IMG/VR virus record: IMGVR_UViG_3300032046_000003
Location: 64,001-128,000 of that record
Reading direction: 5' to 3' (one strand)
Length of the DNA stretch: 64,000 nucleotides
DNA from: a virus
Taxonomy: Duplodnaviria; Heunggongvirae; Uroviricota; Caudoviricetes
Position numbers and translations under genes: made by a program. Of this stretch, positions 6,723 to 16,047 are shown in pieces (position 1 is the stretch's first letter; the number at the start of each line of letters is the position of its first letter). The notes beneath the pieces were generated by a model. That model was not told the DNA's origin and did no database searches. It saw only the letters and a list, made by a program, of their open reading frames with translations.

Positions 6723-8977
6723 TGGAGATAATGGAACTTTCTGTACTTGAAGAGGCAATGGATATATTAAAAGCTGGAGTTGGGATGCCAAAACTGCCAT
6801 CTGCAGGTGGAGGCATGTCCATGAAACCTCATAAGTACGTTAGAAAGGACCCTGATTATTTTGGTCCTGGTAAACATAGATATTGGTATAAAACTCCTTC
6901 AGGTGATTTAGTATCATCTGATAAAGAAGTTCAAGAGGGACAAGAATTAAAACCTGAAGAGGCTCAAAAAAAGCCTGCGGCTATGGCTCCTGAAGAGCAA
7001 AAACAGCTTGGCAACAAGATAAAAGATTTAATGGCTAATGTTAAACAAAAGCTTGGTGGAATGCCTGCTGAAAAAACGCCAGCACCTATTGCAGCAACTC
7101 AACCTCAAATTTCAGGTGCTGCTGAAGATGTAGAGTTTTTAAGGAACACAATGCCATATTTGGATAATTTGGCAGAAAAACTTAAAAATACCATTGTTCA
7201 ATCTGAAGCAGAGGGCTTAAAACAAGAAATATTAAACAATTATGTGGGTAGATTTAGAGATTTAGTGTATGAAAAAATGCACAAATTACCACCTGGACAA
7301 ACTGTTGGTAAAACTGATACAATAAAAACTGAAAAAGATATTGAAAAACTTGAAAATATGAAGCGTGAAGCTTATATGAATAAAGATATGAAACAAGCTA
7401 AGAGAATAGATATGAGAATAACTGAAATTTCTCAAGCCGAGGCTGCTTTAGAAGAAGACAAGTTGAAACAGCAATATGCCTCTGAGATAAAAGATAGAAC
7501 AGAAAATCCCCAAAAGTATTATCAGAAAAATCAAGATGTTAAAGCAAAATCTTTAAGCGTAAGCAATAGTGTAAAAATTAAGGAAAAACAAGCCGTTAAT
7601 GATTACTATTTGTATTCTATAAACAAAGAGCAAAGGGATGCGGGAAAGTCGGAGTTTAAAAATATAGATGATTATTATACTCAAGTTGGAAGCGCCATAG
7701 ACAGCGTAATTAAAACTGCGGCGATCTCTAAATATAGCATCAACGCTAAAACGGGCGATGTTAAACTTTGGGGCACTAAGGAAGAAATAGAGGCTAATGC
7801 TAATAAGGTGCTTGAGTTGACTAAAAACTCTGCGACAAATGTTAGTTATGAGAAAATTGGCCTTGAAGAAGGGAAATTAAGGGGCATATTGAAATTCTCT
7901 AATTTGAGGACTGTGCCTCTGTATAAACCCTATAAAACGAGCGCGGTAGACGTGGCCCAAGATATATCTAGCAAAACTTTAGACGGAAATAAGACTGCCA
8001 GACGATGTATGGGAATAGGTAAAGACGGCAAGCCCATACTGCAAGAATTGACCGGAGAAAAAGGACATAATGCTAGAATGGTTTACGCGTCAAAAGGAAG
8101 CGGAAAGACTGAGATGATTGAGGGAACAATTATGTCAGCTTTAGAGGGTAATTCAGATGGCACATATAGAGCGGTTGTTGTTGATCCTGTTGGAGCAACA
8201 TTCTCAATATTAAAAGCGGATGATGCGAGTTTATCTCCCGAACAAAAAAATTATAAAAACAAATTAAACAATTGGATTAAAACAGGAAGACTGACGGTGT
8301 TTTCAGATAAGGTCGACCAAAACAATTACAAAGACTTCTATAAGAAAACCACAGATTATATAAATAAGGAAAGAGCTCTGCAGGCATCATCGAGAGGTTC
8401 TGACAACAATTTGTACAACAGCCCATACGTTCAAGGCGCGATAGACATACATATGGATGAATTACAAGTATTAAATGGCTTTGCAGAAAAAGACCCGGAA
8501 ATGAAAACTAAACTATACAGCTTAATACGCAATATAGCAAACAATGATTCCAGAAAAAACTTAATGCCTATTACCTGTTATGCGCAAATGCCAAACACTA
8601 AAATGAACTCTGCTATTGGAGCGAGTTGGGACGCTATAGAAAGTATAGGCTCGGCTGCTTATAGAGCCATAGGAAGCACTCATGGAATAGCTTCGGCAAA
8701 AGAATTTAAAAAAGCAGCTGCGAATGAAATTACATCATATGATATGAATTCGCATACTGCAGATTATTATGACCAAATGGTAGTTGGCCCTTCTATAAAA
8801 GACGCCTTTGGCGAAATTAAAGGCAATACGGAACCAACTAATAATTCAAACGCTAAAGAACAACAAATACCTGTATCAATGAAAGAGGGATATACTAAAG
8901 AAACGATGCCTACTGGACCCAACGTAATAGACGCAGCGAAAGTCGGTAAAAAAACATTACCAATTAAAAGGACTTAA
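6722..8977 (+). CDS. Large protein with C-terminal FtsK/HerA-like P-loop domain; candidate internal virion protein
   Basis: GKDGKP...RMVYASKGSGKT (variant Walker A), AVVVDP, IHMDELQ (Walker B); N-terminal ILKA and HKYVRK...GKHRYWY motifs; embedded in the neck module. Confidence 0.6.
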   Translation: MEIMELSVLEEAMDILKAGVGMPKLPSAGGGMSMKPHKYVRKDPDYFGPGKHRYWYKTPSGDLVSSDKEVQEGQELKPEEAQKKPAAMAPEEQKQLGNKIKDLMANVKQKLGGMPAEKTPAPIAATQPQISGAAEDVEFLRNTMPYLDNLAEKLKNTIVQSEAEGLKQEILNNYVGRFRDLVYEKMHKLPPGQTVGKTDTIKTEKDIEKLENMKREAYMNKDMKQAKRIDMRITEISQAEAALEEDKLKQQYASEIKDRTENPQKYYQKNQDVKAKSLSVSNSVKIKEKQAVNDYYLYSINKEQRDAGKSEFKNIDDYYTQVGSAIDSVIKTAAISKYSINAKTGDVKLWGTKEEIEANANKVLELTKNSATNVSYEKIGLEEGKLRGILKFSNLRTVPLYKPYKTSAVDVAQDISSKTLDGNKTARRCMGIGKDGKPILQELTGEKGHNARMVYASKGSGKTEMIEGTIMSALEGNSDGTYRAVVVDPVGATFSILKADDASLSPEQKNYKNKLNNWIKTGRLTVFSDKVDQNNYKDFYKKTTDYINKERALQASSRGSDNNLYNSPYVQGAIDIHMDELQVLNGFAEKDPEMKTKLYSLIRNIANNDSRKNLMPITCYAQMPNTKMNSAIGASWDAIESIGSAAYRAIGSTHGIASAKEFKKAAANEITSYDMNSHTADYYDQMVVGPSIKDAFGEIKGNTEPTNNSNAKEQQIPVSMKEGYTKETMPTGPNVIDAAKVGKKTLPIKRT

Positions 8978-8979
8978 CA

Positions 8980-9738
8980 ATGGTTATATGCACTTCCTTC
9001 CGCGAAAAAGGAATACAAGAAATGGTAAACAGAGGTGGAATAACTGTTACTATTTACAACTCTATACCTTGTACTGGTGATACAATAAGCGTTAGTGGTG
9101 AATTACAACAATTTAACTTAGCTTTAAATGGAGATGAATCTGCCACCTTATACGGTTCACAAAGTATAATAGGGGCAAACACTGATTGGACTTTTACCGG
9201 TACTGATGTAATTTCAGGTACATTAATAATTACTGATAGTTCCGGCGCTTCAGCATATTTAGAAAATATTGATTATACCATTGATTATAATAGTGCAATC
9301 GTCACAGAAAAACCTTTTGGAAGTTTAGTAGACTTGGACATTATAAAATGCAGTTATAATTATCATATAGATTGCGTGGACGAAAAAACAGGCGGGCCTA
9401 ACAGATTGTGCAGAACGTGCATAGACCCTGATCAAGGCGCATTTTCTACAGGAGCATTATATCCCGTTGCGACCACTATGATGGCCTTATTCCATATACC
9501 CAACTATGATAGCCCTTTTGAGAAGAGTGGAGTTTGGAAGCTAGGAGATGGTGTAGTAACTGTTCCTTATGATGTAACTGTAAACGCTAAAAATCATTCA
9601 GATGGTGGATTCTTCTGTCAAGATAAAATTAAGATACATGGACAAGATGGCGTATGGAAAGTTATGTCAATGCCGCAAACAATTCAAATGGGAGAGTTTC
9701 TCGGAAAAAGAATTCATGTAAGGAAAATTGATTTTTAA
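8980..9738 (+). CDS. Head-closure/neck protein
   Basis: Position; Cys pairs (PC...C...CRTC) and G.W.LGD...TVP...CQDKI pattern of large-myovirus neck proteins. Confidence 0.55.
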   Translation: MVICTSFREKGIQEMVNRGGITVTIYNSIPCTGDTISVSGELQQFNLALNGDESATLYGSQSIIGANTDWTFTGTDVISGTLIITDSSGASAYLENIDYTIDYNSAIVTEKPFGSLVDLDIIKCSYNYHIDCVDEKTGGPNRLCRTCIDPDQGAFSTGALYPVATTMMALFHIPNYDSPFEKSGVWKLGDGVVTVPYDVTVNAKNHSDGGFFCQDKIKIHGQDGVWKVMSMPQTIQMGEFLGKRIHVRKIDF

Positions 9739-10190
9739 TGTTTAACGGCGATGCAGCTTTGCAAGCTAGATTTGATAGCACTATTGAAGAAGAATTTCAA
9801 AAAGGCGAACAAGTAATCGTAAACACTATTGCTGAAGTTGGAATAAAAAGACGAACAGGGTATCTTTTAAATTCGGTGAGATATTTAGGGCAAATAGAAC
9901 CAGGTACTTTTAGATATGTAATTGAGGCTCCATATGCTTCGTATTTGAATAGAGGATATGGGCCGTTCAGCATGATTGACAGCAGACTGGGGAAGGTAAT
10001 ACCAATGAGAGACGCGAATGGTAGATTGATATTTAGAAGGGTATCTATGAATCCAACAAAAACTAACAAAAACTGGATGCATCCTGGGTGGGAAGAAACC
10101 AATTTCGTAGAAATAGCCAAAGAGAAAATACAGCAGAGCATAGTAACGAGAGTACAGGAATTTTTAACAGAACTCGAACCGGAACTATAA
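9738..10190 (+). CDS. Neck/tail-completion protein (HK97 gp10-like)
   Basis: RTGYLLNS...APYASYLNRG...FRRVS...WMHPG...FVE motifs. Confidence 0.65.
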   Translation: MFNGDAALQARFDSTIEEEFQKGEQVIVNTIAEVGIKRRTGYLLNSVRYLGQIEPGTFRYVIEAPYASYLNRGYGPFSMIDSRLGKVIPMRDANGRLIFRRVSMNPTKTNKNWMHPGWEETNFVEIAKEKIQQSIVTRVQEFLTELEPEL

Positions 10191-10191
10191 T

Positions 10192-10926
10192 ATGAAACAA
10201 AAAACTGGGCCCAAATTATTATTAAGAATAACTAAATTATGTTCATGCGGTTGTAATGAAGCCTTCATTTGTAAAATAACTTCTAAACAAAAATATATAA
10301 ATGGACATTGTAGAAAAGGTACACACTTTTCTGATATTTCTAAAAATAAAATGCGAAAAGAAAATAATTATCATTGGATTACAATAGAAACTAGATTTTG
10401 TAAATGTGGTTGTGGTAAATCATTTGAATGTAAAATAAATTCAAAAAAACAATATATTCATGGGCATTACTGTGTTGGTAAAATTAGTAAAGCAAAGGGA
10501 AAAATTATAGTTCCTAGAGAAACACGAACATGTGTTTGTGGTTGTAGGTTAACTTTTAAATGTAGAACAACTTCTACTAAAAAATGTTTAAATAGAGAAC
10601 ATAAAGGAAAATTACACAGTAAGTTAGTTGGCGGAGAAAATAATGGTAATTGGCAAGGTGGAAAATCTTTTGAGATATACCCACAAGCTTTTAGCAAATC
10701 TTTAAAAGAAAGAATCAGAACAAAAGACAATCACACTTGCCAAGAATGTAAGTTTATAGAAAATCAATTAGAAAAAAAACTCCATATTCATCATATAGAT
10801 TATAACAAACAAAACAATGATGAAAATAATTTAATAAGTCTTTGTAATTCATGTCACGCTCAAACTAATTTTAAGAGAAAAGATTGGACTAAATATTTAA
10901 AAAATAAAATATTGGAGACAATATAA
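10192..10926 (+). CDS. Free-standing HNH homing endonuclease with CxCGC repeats
   Basis: Three CxCGC repeats; GENNGNWQGG; CQEC...LHIHHIDYNKQNN...NLISLCNSCH. Confidence 0.88.
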   Translation: MKQKTGPKLLLRITKLCSCGCNEAFICKITSKQKYINGHCRKGTHFSDISKNKMRKENNYHWITIETRFCKCGCGKSFECKINSKKQYIHGHYCVGKISKAKGKIIVPRETRTCVCGCRLTFKCRTTSTKKCLNREHKGKLHSKLVGGENNGNWQGGKSFEIYPQAFSKSLKERIRTKDNHTCQECKFIENQLEKKLHIHHIDYNKQNNDENNLISLCNSCHAQTNFKRKDWTKYLKNKILETI

Positions 10927-11484
10927 ATGGCAATAATTGACGCAAAATATGCAATTTGGCTTTTATTAAGAAATGAATTTAATAGACTTCATACTTTATA
11001 TCCTGAAAAGATAGACGTAAAGGTGGTCACTGCATATCCTCGCACAGTTGAAGAAATAGACAAAAAAGCCATTATAACTATTTCTAGGGTAACCGCTCCA
11101 GAGGAAATGAGATTTGTTACAGATTTATTAATTCAAGAAGCCCAAACGCAAAGTATGTTAAACCAAAGAGGCAATTTTCAAACGGATGTCTTTGAAATAG
11201 CAATATGGACTTTAGACGCCCAATATAGAGATGATTTGTATCTATTAACAAGACAAATTTTGTTCGAAAAGAAAAAAACAGAATTACTAGATAAGTTTCA
11301 ATTTATTAAATTTTATAGAGTCGGTGGCAGCGATCAAGAATTAGATATTGCCAAATTACCTAGAACAATATACAGGGCGGTATTAACGTATTTGACTCAG
11401 ACTCAATTAGCGCAGTCAACAACAGATGAGTTGGTAGAAGCAATAACAGTAAGTACGATAATGACATCGGGTCAAAATATATAG
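10927..11484 (+). CDS. Tail terminator/completion protein
   Basis: Position just before the sheath gene; V.TAYPR...IITISRV...FEIAIWTLD..YRDDL pattern. Confidence 0.6.
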   Translation: MAIIDAKYAIWLLLRNEFNRLHTLYPEKIDVKVVTAYPRTVEEIDKKAIITISRVTAPEEMRFVTDLLIQEAQTQSMLNQRGNFQTDVFEIAIWTLDAQYRDDLYLLTRQILFEKKKTELLDKFQFIKFYRVGGSDQELDIAKLPRTIYRAVLTYLTQTQLAQSTTDELVEAITVSTIMTSGQNI

Positions 11485-11497
11485 GAGGAGCAAAGTT

Positions 11498-11695
11498 ATG
11501 ATAGAAATAAAAGAAAGTCTGGAAGATAGGGGGGCAAATGACAGTATAAGCTTTTTAGAGTTTACTCTAGAAATAGATAAGCAATATGTTCAAGCATTAA
11601 AAGTTTTTGCCAATGTAAAGAATCAAAATGAAGAAAAGACAAGAAAAGAATGGAAAAGTATTTACAAAAATTTATTGGTTAAAAGAACGAATTAA
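11498..11695 (+). CDS. Small hypothetical protein before the sheath gene
   Basis: RBS GGAGGAG; 65 aa; no recognised motif. Confidence 0.55.
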   Translation: MIEIKESLEDRGANDSISFLEFTLEIDKQYVQALKVFANVKNQNEEKTRKEWKSIYKNLLVKRTN

Positions 11696-11710
11696 TAAGG
11701 AGGAAAAACA

Positions 11711-13111
11711 ATGAGTCCAACATTCAATGGAAAGTTTTTTAGAGTTCCGCAAGTTTCTATAAAAACAGATATATCTGGACTAACATCTACAGCGCTGGCC
11801 CCCGGTGGAATTGTAGCTATGTTAGGTTCAGCTGAAGGCGGGGAACCAAATCAGGTTACAAGATTTACTGACCCAATATCCGCCGCTAATGTTTTTAGAG
11901 GTGGGGATTTATTAGACGCCGCTACAGCCGCTTGGCAACATGGGGCACAAATAATTTATTTAACAAGAATAGGTGATGCAACTCAATCTACTCTTACTAT
12001 AAATGATGCTTCAAGCGCTGCAGTTGTAACGTTTACGTCTAAAGATTACGGTGCATATACAAATGATATAAGAGCAAAGGTCGAAGCAGCCACAACAAGT
12101 GGTAGTAAGATTACAATTCAGTTTTATGATAGCTTGACTAATAGAACGACATTAGAGGTTGGAGATAATTTGGCAAATGGTACAGCAATATCGGCCTATT
12201 TTAATGCAAATTCTAATTTAGTTGACACTGTGACAGCTTCAGCAAGTGGTATTCCTGCTAATATAACATATACCAATTTTGCAAGTGGTTCTGATGGAAC
12301 ACCTTTAATAACAAGTGATTGGACTACAGGATTAAATTTATATGCTACAGAATTTGTTAACATATTACATCCTGCGGGTTCTACAGATGCTACTGTTCAT
12401 GCTTTATTTCAAACACACGTTGAAACGTATTCTAGCCAAAAGGCAGAAAGAACAGCAATAGTCGGAGCCGCAATAGGAGACCCAGTTGGAGCTATAGGCA
12501 CAACCAATTCTTATGTAGATAGGGCCTATAACATGAATTCAGAAAGAATGGTTTTTGTTGTTCCTGGTACTGATGGTAAATCTGCGGCTTATACTGCTGC
12601 AAAGATAGTTGGAAAAGCAGCAGGAGTGGACGTAGCGACGCCGTTAACGTATCAAACAATAACCGCATCAGCAATTGAAAAGAAGTTTTCAGAATCTGAG
12701 AAAGATACTTTAGTTCAATATGGTGTATTGGCTATTGAAGAAGTTCCAGCCGGTCGAAGAATTGTGAGAGGAATAACTACAGTTCAAGACCCATCTATAA
12801 CAGATGAAGACCCATTCAAAGAGTACAGTGTTCTTAGAATAAGAGATTACGTCAATAGTAACTTAAGGTCGATACTAGAGACAACTTATATCGGTAAGAA
12901 AGGAGTATTCGGGGTTGAAAGTCAAATGCAGTCTACCACATCTTCAGTTTTAGGTAAGTTGAAAGAAGCTGAGATTATACAAGGTTATAGGAATATAACC
13001 GTTACGAAGGACCCAAATAATCCAAAAGTATTTTATATAAGTTTCCAAGTAGCGCCAATAAGTCCGATAGATTGGATATTTGTGACAACAGAGTTCGTTA
13101 ACACGATATAA
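11711..13111 (+). CDS. Contractile tail sheath protein
   Basis: G.AEGGEP, IF.GGDLL, F.SKDYG, RIVRGITT, EYSVLRIRDYV...L...YIGK, F.VAPISPIDWIFVT: sheath family motifs. Confidence 0.92.
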   Translation: MSPTFNGKFFRVPQVSIKTDISGLTSTALAPGGIVAMLGSAEGGEPNQVTRFTDPISAANVFRGGDLLDAATAAWQHGAQIIYLTRIGDATQSTLTINDASSAAVVTFTSKDYGAYTNDIRAKVEAATTSGSKITIQFYDSLTNRTTLEVGDNLANGTAISAYFNANSNLVDTVTASASGIPANITYTNFASGSDGTPLITSDWTTGLNLYATEFVNILHPAGSTDATVHALFQTHVETYSSQKAERTAIVGAAIGDPVGAIGTTNSYVDRAYNMNSERMVFVVPGTDGKSAAYTAAKIVGKAAGVDVATPLTYQTITASAIEKKFSESEKDTLVQYGVLAIEEVPAGRRIVRGITTVQDPSITDEDPFKEYSVLRIRDYVNSNLRSILETTYIGKKGVFGVESQMQSTTSSVLGKLKEAEIIQGYRNITVTKDPNNPKVFYISFQVAPISPIDWIFVTTEFVNTI

Positions 13112-13120
13112 CAGAATGAC

Positions 13121-13166
13121 AGAGACGGGTGGGTGTAGGTTATTTGTCTATGATCCGCCCGTCTCT
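13121..13166 (+). terminator. Long hairpin after the sheath gene
   Basis: AGAGACGGGTGG/CCGCCCGTCTCT 12-bp stem followed by TT. Confidence 0.55.
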
Positions 13167-13203
13167 TTAAAAAGGAGGGAAAATAACTGCTGGAGATTAT
13201 TAT

Positions 13204-14076
13204 ATGAAAGAATCTAATGTAATTGAAGGAATTGATTATATAATTTGTCCAATATGTAAAAATAAAATAAAAAAACTTACAACTTCTCATTTAAAAAGAC
13301 ATTCAATCGCTTTTAGTATTTTTAAGAAACAATTTCCAAATCAACAGTTAGTATGCAAAAATACAAGCAAATTAATTGGAGATTTACAATTGGGCAAAAA
13401 TAATCATCAATATGGCAAACCTTCTTGGAATAAAGGCCTAACTAAAGCAATAGATCGTAGAGTCGCTAAATATTCCGAATCTATTAGTAAAACGCAAAAT
13501 GGTAAAACTTATGAAGAAAGATTTGGTATAGAAAATTCTAAAAAGCACAGGAATAACATAAGTAAAGCTATGATGAATCGTTATGTTTCTGGTGTAACTA
13601 GAGCCAAGATTGGTAAAGCAAATAGTGGAAAAATAAGAACAGAAGAACACAAATGTAACATGAGAATTGCCCAAAATAGATCAGAAATTAAATTAAAAAA
13701 AAGATTGGCCATTTGTAAAAATATTAAAAAGAATGGTGGACTTTTCGCAGGTTATAATTCAAATGCCTGTGAAATTTTCAAACAGTTTGATGAATTAAAT
13801 AATACTAATGGAATTTTTGCAACAAATCCTTATGAGTTCCAGATTTTAGGTTATTCTCTCGACTATATAAACTTCGATAAAAAGCTTATAATAGAAATAG
13901 ATGAAAAGCATCACTTTGACAAAAACGGACTATTAAAATCTAAAGATGTAATTCGTCAAAGAGAAATACAAGAACTATATTCAGGTTTTAAATTTTTAAG
14001 ATTTAGGGAGGAAAATATGAGTAAAATATTGGAAATGAAAGTAGAAAATTTTAAAGGAGGTGGTATTTGTGAGTAA
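13204..14076 (+). CDS. Free-standing homing endonuclease-like protein (C2H2 finger + NUMOD3-like repeats + Vsr/DUF559-like domain), paralog A
   Basis: CPIC...SHLKRH; PSWNKGLTK; C-terminal ACE.FK.FDE.NNT.G...LGYSLDYINFDKKLIIEIDEKHH. Confidence 0.78.
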   Translation: MKESNVIEGIDYIICPICKNKIKKLTTSHLKRHSIAFSIFKKQFPNQQLVCKNTSKLIGDLQLGKNNHQYGKPSWNKGLTKAIDRRVAKYSESISKTQNGKTYEERFGIENSKKHRNNISKAMMNRYVSGVTRAKIGKANSGKIRTEEHKCNMRIAQNRSEIKLKKRLAICKNIKKNGGLFAGYNSNACEIFKQFDELNNTNGIFATNPYEFQILGYSLDYINFDKKLIIEIDEKHHFDKNGLLKSKDVIRQREIQELYSGFKFLRFREENMSKILEMKVENFKGGGICE

Positions 14077-14668
14077 CTTAGTAGGTGCGCCGCTTACAGC
14101 AATTACAGCTAATCTATTGTTTTTCGGAAAGTCTATAGGCGAATTGCAGTCTTTGTCTTGGAATGAAAATAACAATTATCGTAGGTTAAGTGCGATAGGC
14201 AACGGGGTTGATGCTATACACGTTCCTGGAGTTGCTCAATATGATTTAACAGCCAGAAGAGCGTTGTTAGAGACGGATTTGGTTTTAGATTTATTGTATA
14301 CTCTTAAACAGGGAGACTTTGCCGGCAAAACGCCATTTGTTGGAGTTGCTCCAAATAATACTAATCAAACTTCTTTATTAGCAGCCTCAGTTACGCCACA
14401 AGATTTAGTCAATGCTATTATTGCAGGTGGAGGCGGTATAGATTTGGGAGACAAAATAGTCAACTTGTATTTTGATGTGCAAATTCAAAATTCACAAGGC
14501 GCTCCAATTATGACATTTGAAGACTGCTCTTTGAATACCAGAAGAGCAACATTGGACGTTGGTGGAGTTATAATCATGTCAGATGTAACTTTATTAGCCA
14601 GAAAGAGGAAAATAGCTACAGATTCTAATAGGGCTGCAGAGTTATTAAGAGCTTTGCCAGTCGTATAA
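14069..14668 (+). CDS. Tail tube protein (paralog 1)
   Basis: Follows the sheath; IGELQSLSWNENNN...IG...HVPG..YDLTARRA...FDVQI...F.DC pattern; start moved to GTG 14069 from RBS GGAGG 14056-14060. Confidence 0.75.
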   Translation: MSNLVGAPLTAITANLLFFGKSIGELQSLSWNENNNYRRLSAIGNGVDAIHVPGVAQYDLTARRALLETDLVLDLLYTLKQGDFAGKTPFVGVAPNNTNQTSLLAASVTPQDLVNAIIAGGGGIDLGDKIVNLYFDVQIQNSQGAPIMTFEDCSLNTRRATLDVGGVIIMSDVTLLARKRKIATDSNRAAELLRALPVV

Positions 14669-14693
14669 CAACATAAAGGAAAAATAAAATGCC

Positions 14694-14746
14694 GGGCCTA
14701 AGGTTGACCTCATGAATCAATCGACGGTGCTTGTACACCAAGGCCC
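14694..14746 (+). ncRNA. 53-nt three-way-junction element, copy 3 (free-standing, no intron)
   Basis: GGGCCT-AAG-GTTGA/TCAAT-CGAC-GGTG/CACC-A-AGGCCC; no group I R/S elements nearby. Confidence 0.75.
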
Positions 14747-14769
14747 TAAATCTTTACAAGGAGATTAAT

Positions 14770-14835
14770 ATGAGTTCATTTATAAAAGGGCATATTGCTT
14801 GGAACAAAGGATTAACCAAAGAGACAAATGAATAA
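14770..14835 (+). pseudogene. Stump of a homing endonuclease gene (MSSFIKGHIAWNKGLTKETNE*)
   Basis: RBS GGAG; F.KGH..WNKGLTKET matches the repeats of the 3716 and 13204 endonucleases; stops after 21 aa. Confidence 0.7.
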
Positions 14836-14868
14836 AATATTAGAAATTAAAATTAATAAAGGAAACTT

Positions 14869-15414
14869 ATGCCTGGAATTATAGGATCTCCATTAACCGC
14901 GTTAACCGCAAATATAACTTTTGACGGTCAAAAAATAGGACAACTGCAAGAGATAACTGTGGAGGAAAACTACAACTTAAAGCCTATTGAACAAATAGGT
15001 TCTAGCTACATCACTGAGTTCTTACCTGGTACGTATAGCGGAAGAATCGTTGCTGCTCGTGCTTTGATCGAAGGAGATTTATTTTTTGATAAACTTACTC
15101 CCGGCTTAACTTCTTCACAAGCACTTACAACAGTAGCAAACGATATGCTAGGTGATGGCTCAGTCAACATAAGTCCCGTAATAAAAGTGTTCGAAGGGAT
15201 AAACGACTTTTGGAATCAGATTTTTTTAGGAAAGGCAACAAAAGACAGAATAAACTTTGTTGTTTATTTTGATATAGAGTTGATAAATCCTAATAATGAA
15301 ATATTTGCAAAGTATTCTAAATGTGCAATATCCGCAAAAACGCTTTCAGTACAGTTAAATAATATAGTTATTATGCAGAATATTACATGTCTTTTCCAAA
15401 ATAGGTCAGTATAA
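14869..15414 (+). CDS. Tail tube-like protein (paralog 2)
   Basis: N-terminus GSPLTALTANI matches GAPLTAITANL of paralog 1; IGQLQEITVEENYN..PI..IG....EFLPG. Confidence 0.72.
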   Translation: MPGIIGSPLTALTANITFDGQKIGQLQEITVEENYNLKPIEQIGSSYITEFLPGTYSGRIVAARALIEGDLFFDKLTPGLTSSQALTTVANDMLGDGSVNISPVIKVFEGINDFWNQIFLGKATKDRINFVVYFDIELINPNNEIFAKYSKCAISAKTLSVQLNNIVIMQNITCLFQNRSV

Positions 15415-16046
15415 TGAAAAATAAAAGACATGGTAAAACAGGAAGACACTGGAAGTTATCTGGAGAAACTAAAAAACGCCAAAGTGAGGCCAAAATAGGA
15501 GATAAGAATCCATCATATGGTAAGCCTGCATATAATAGAGATGTTTCATCATCTGAACAATCTAAACTAAAAAATAGATTAGCTCATTTGGGTAAAAAAC
15601 AATCCAAAGAAATTATAGAAAAACGATTTGCCTGGTTAAAGGATAATAACAAAAGATTAGAAACTAATAAAAAAAGAAGTAAATCTTTGTCTGGAAGAAT
15701 TCAATCTGATGAACATAGACTTAATTCTAGAAAAGCTGCTATTAATAGAATTACGAGAAATAATGGAATTTGCAGACCTAATTTTAATCCAAAAGCATGT
15801 GAATTTTTTAAAAGCTATGATGAACATAATAATACAAACGGACAATATGCAACTAGTGGTGGAGAATATGAAATAAAAGATTTGGGTTATTTTCTTGACT
15901 ATATTAATTTTGATAAAAAACTTATAATGGAATTTGATGAGAAATATCATGATAAACGAAAAGATAAAGACGTAATTCGTCAAAAAGAGATTCAGCAATT
16001 ATATCCAGATTTTAAATTTATAAGAATAAAACAGGAGAGCATATAA
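15414..16046 (+). CDS. Free-standing homing endonuclease-like protein, paralog B
   Basis: NUMOD3-like N-terminus (IGDKNPSYGK); PNFNPKACEFFKSYDEHNNTNG...LGYFLDYINFDKKLIMEFDEKYH. Confidence 0.78.
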   Translation: MKNKRHGKTGRHWKLSGETKKRQSEAKIGDKNPSYGKPAYNRDVSSSEQSKLKNRLAHLGKKQSKEIIEKRFAWLKDNNKRLETNKKRSKSLSGRIQSDEHRLNSRKAAINRITRNNGICRPNFNPKACEFFKSYDEHNNTNGQYATSGGEYEIKDLGYFLDYINFDKKLIMEFDEKYHDKRKDKDVIRQKEIQQLYPDFKFIRIKQESI

Positions 16047-16047
16047 G

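Noticed and set aside
6722-8977. FtsK-like protein as the genome-packaging motor
   Set aside because: The head genes are HK97-type, which use terminase/portal (presumably upstream of the window); FtsK-type packaging ATPases belong to other virus lineages.
2467-14746. 53-nt element as a known self-cleaving ribozyme or as HEARO/omega RNA
   Set aside because: No CUGANGA/GAAA hammerhead core or other recalled consensus; far too short for HEARO; no IscB/TnpB ORF.
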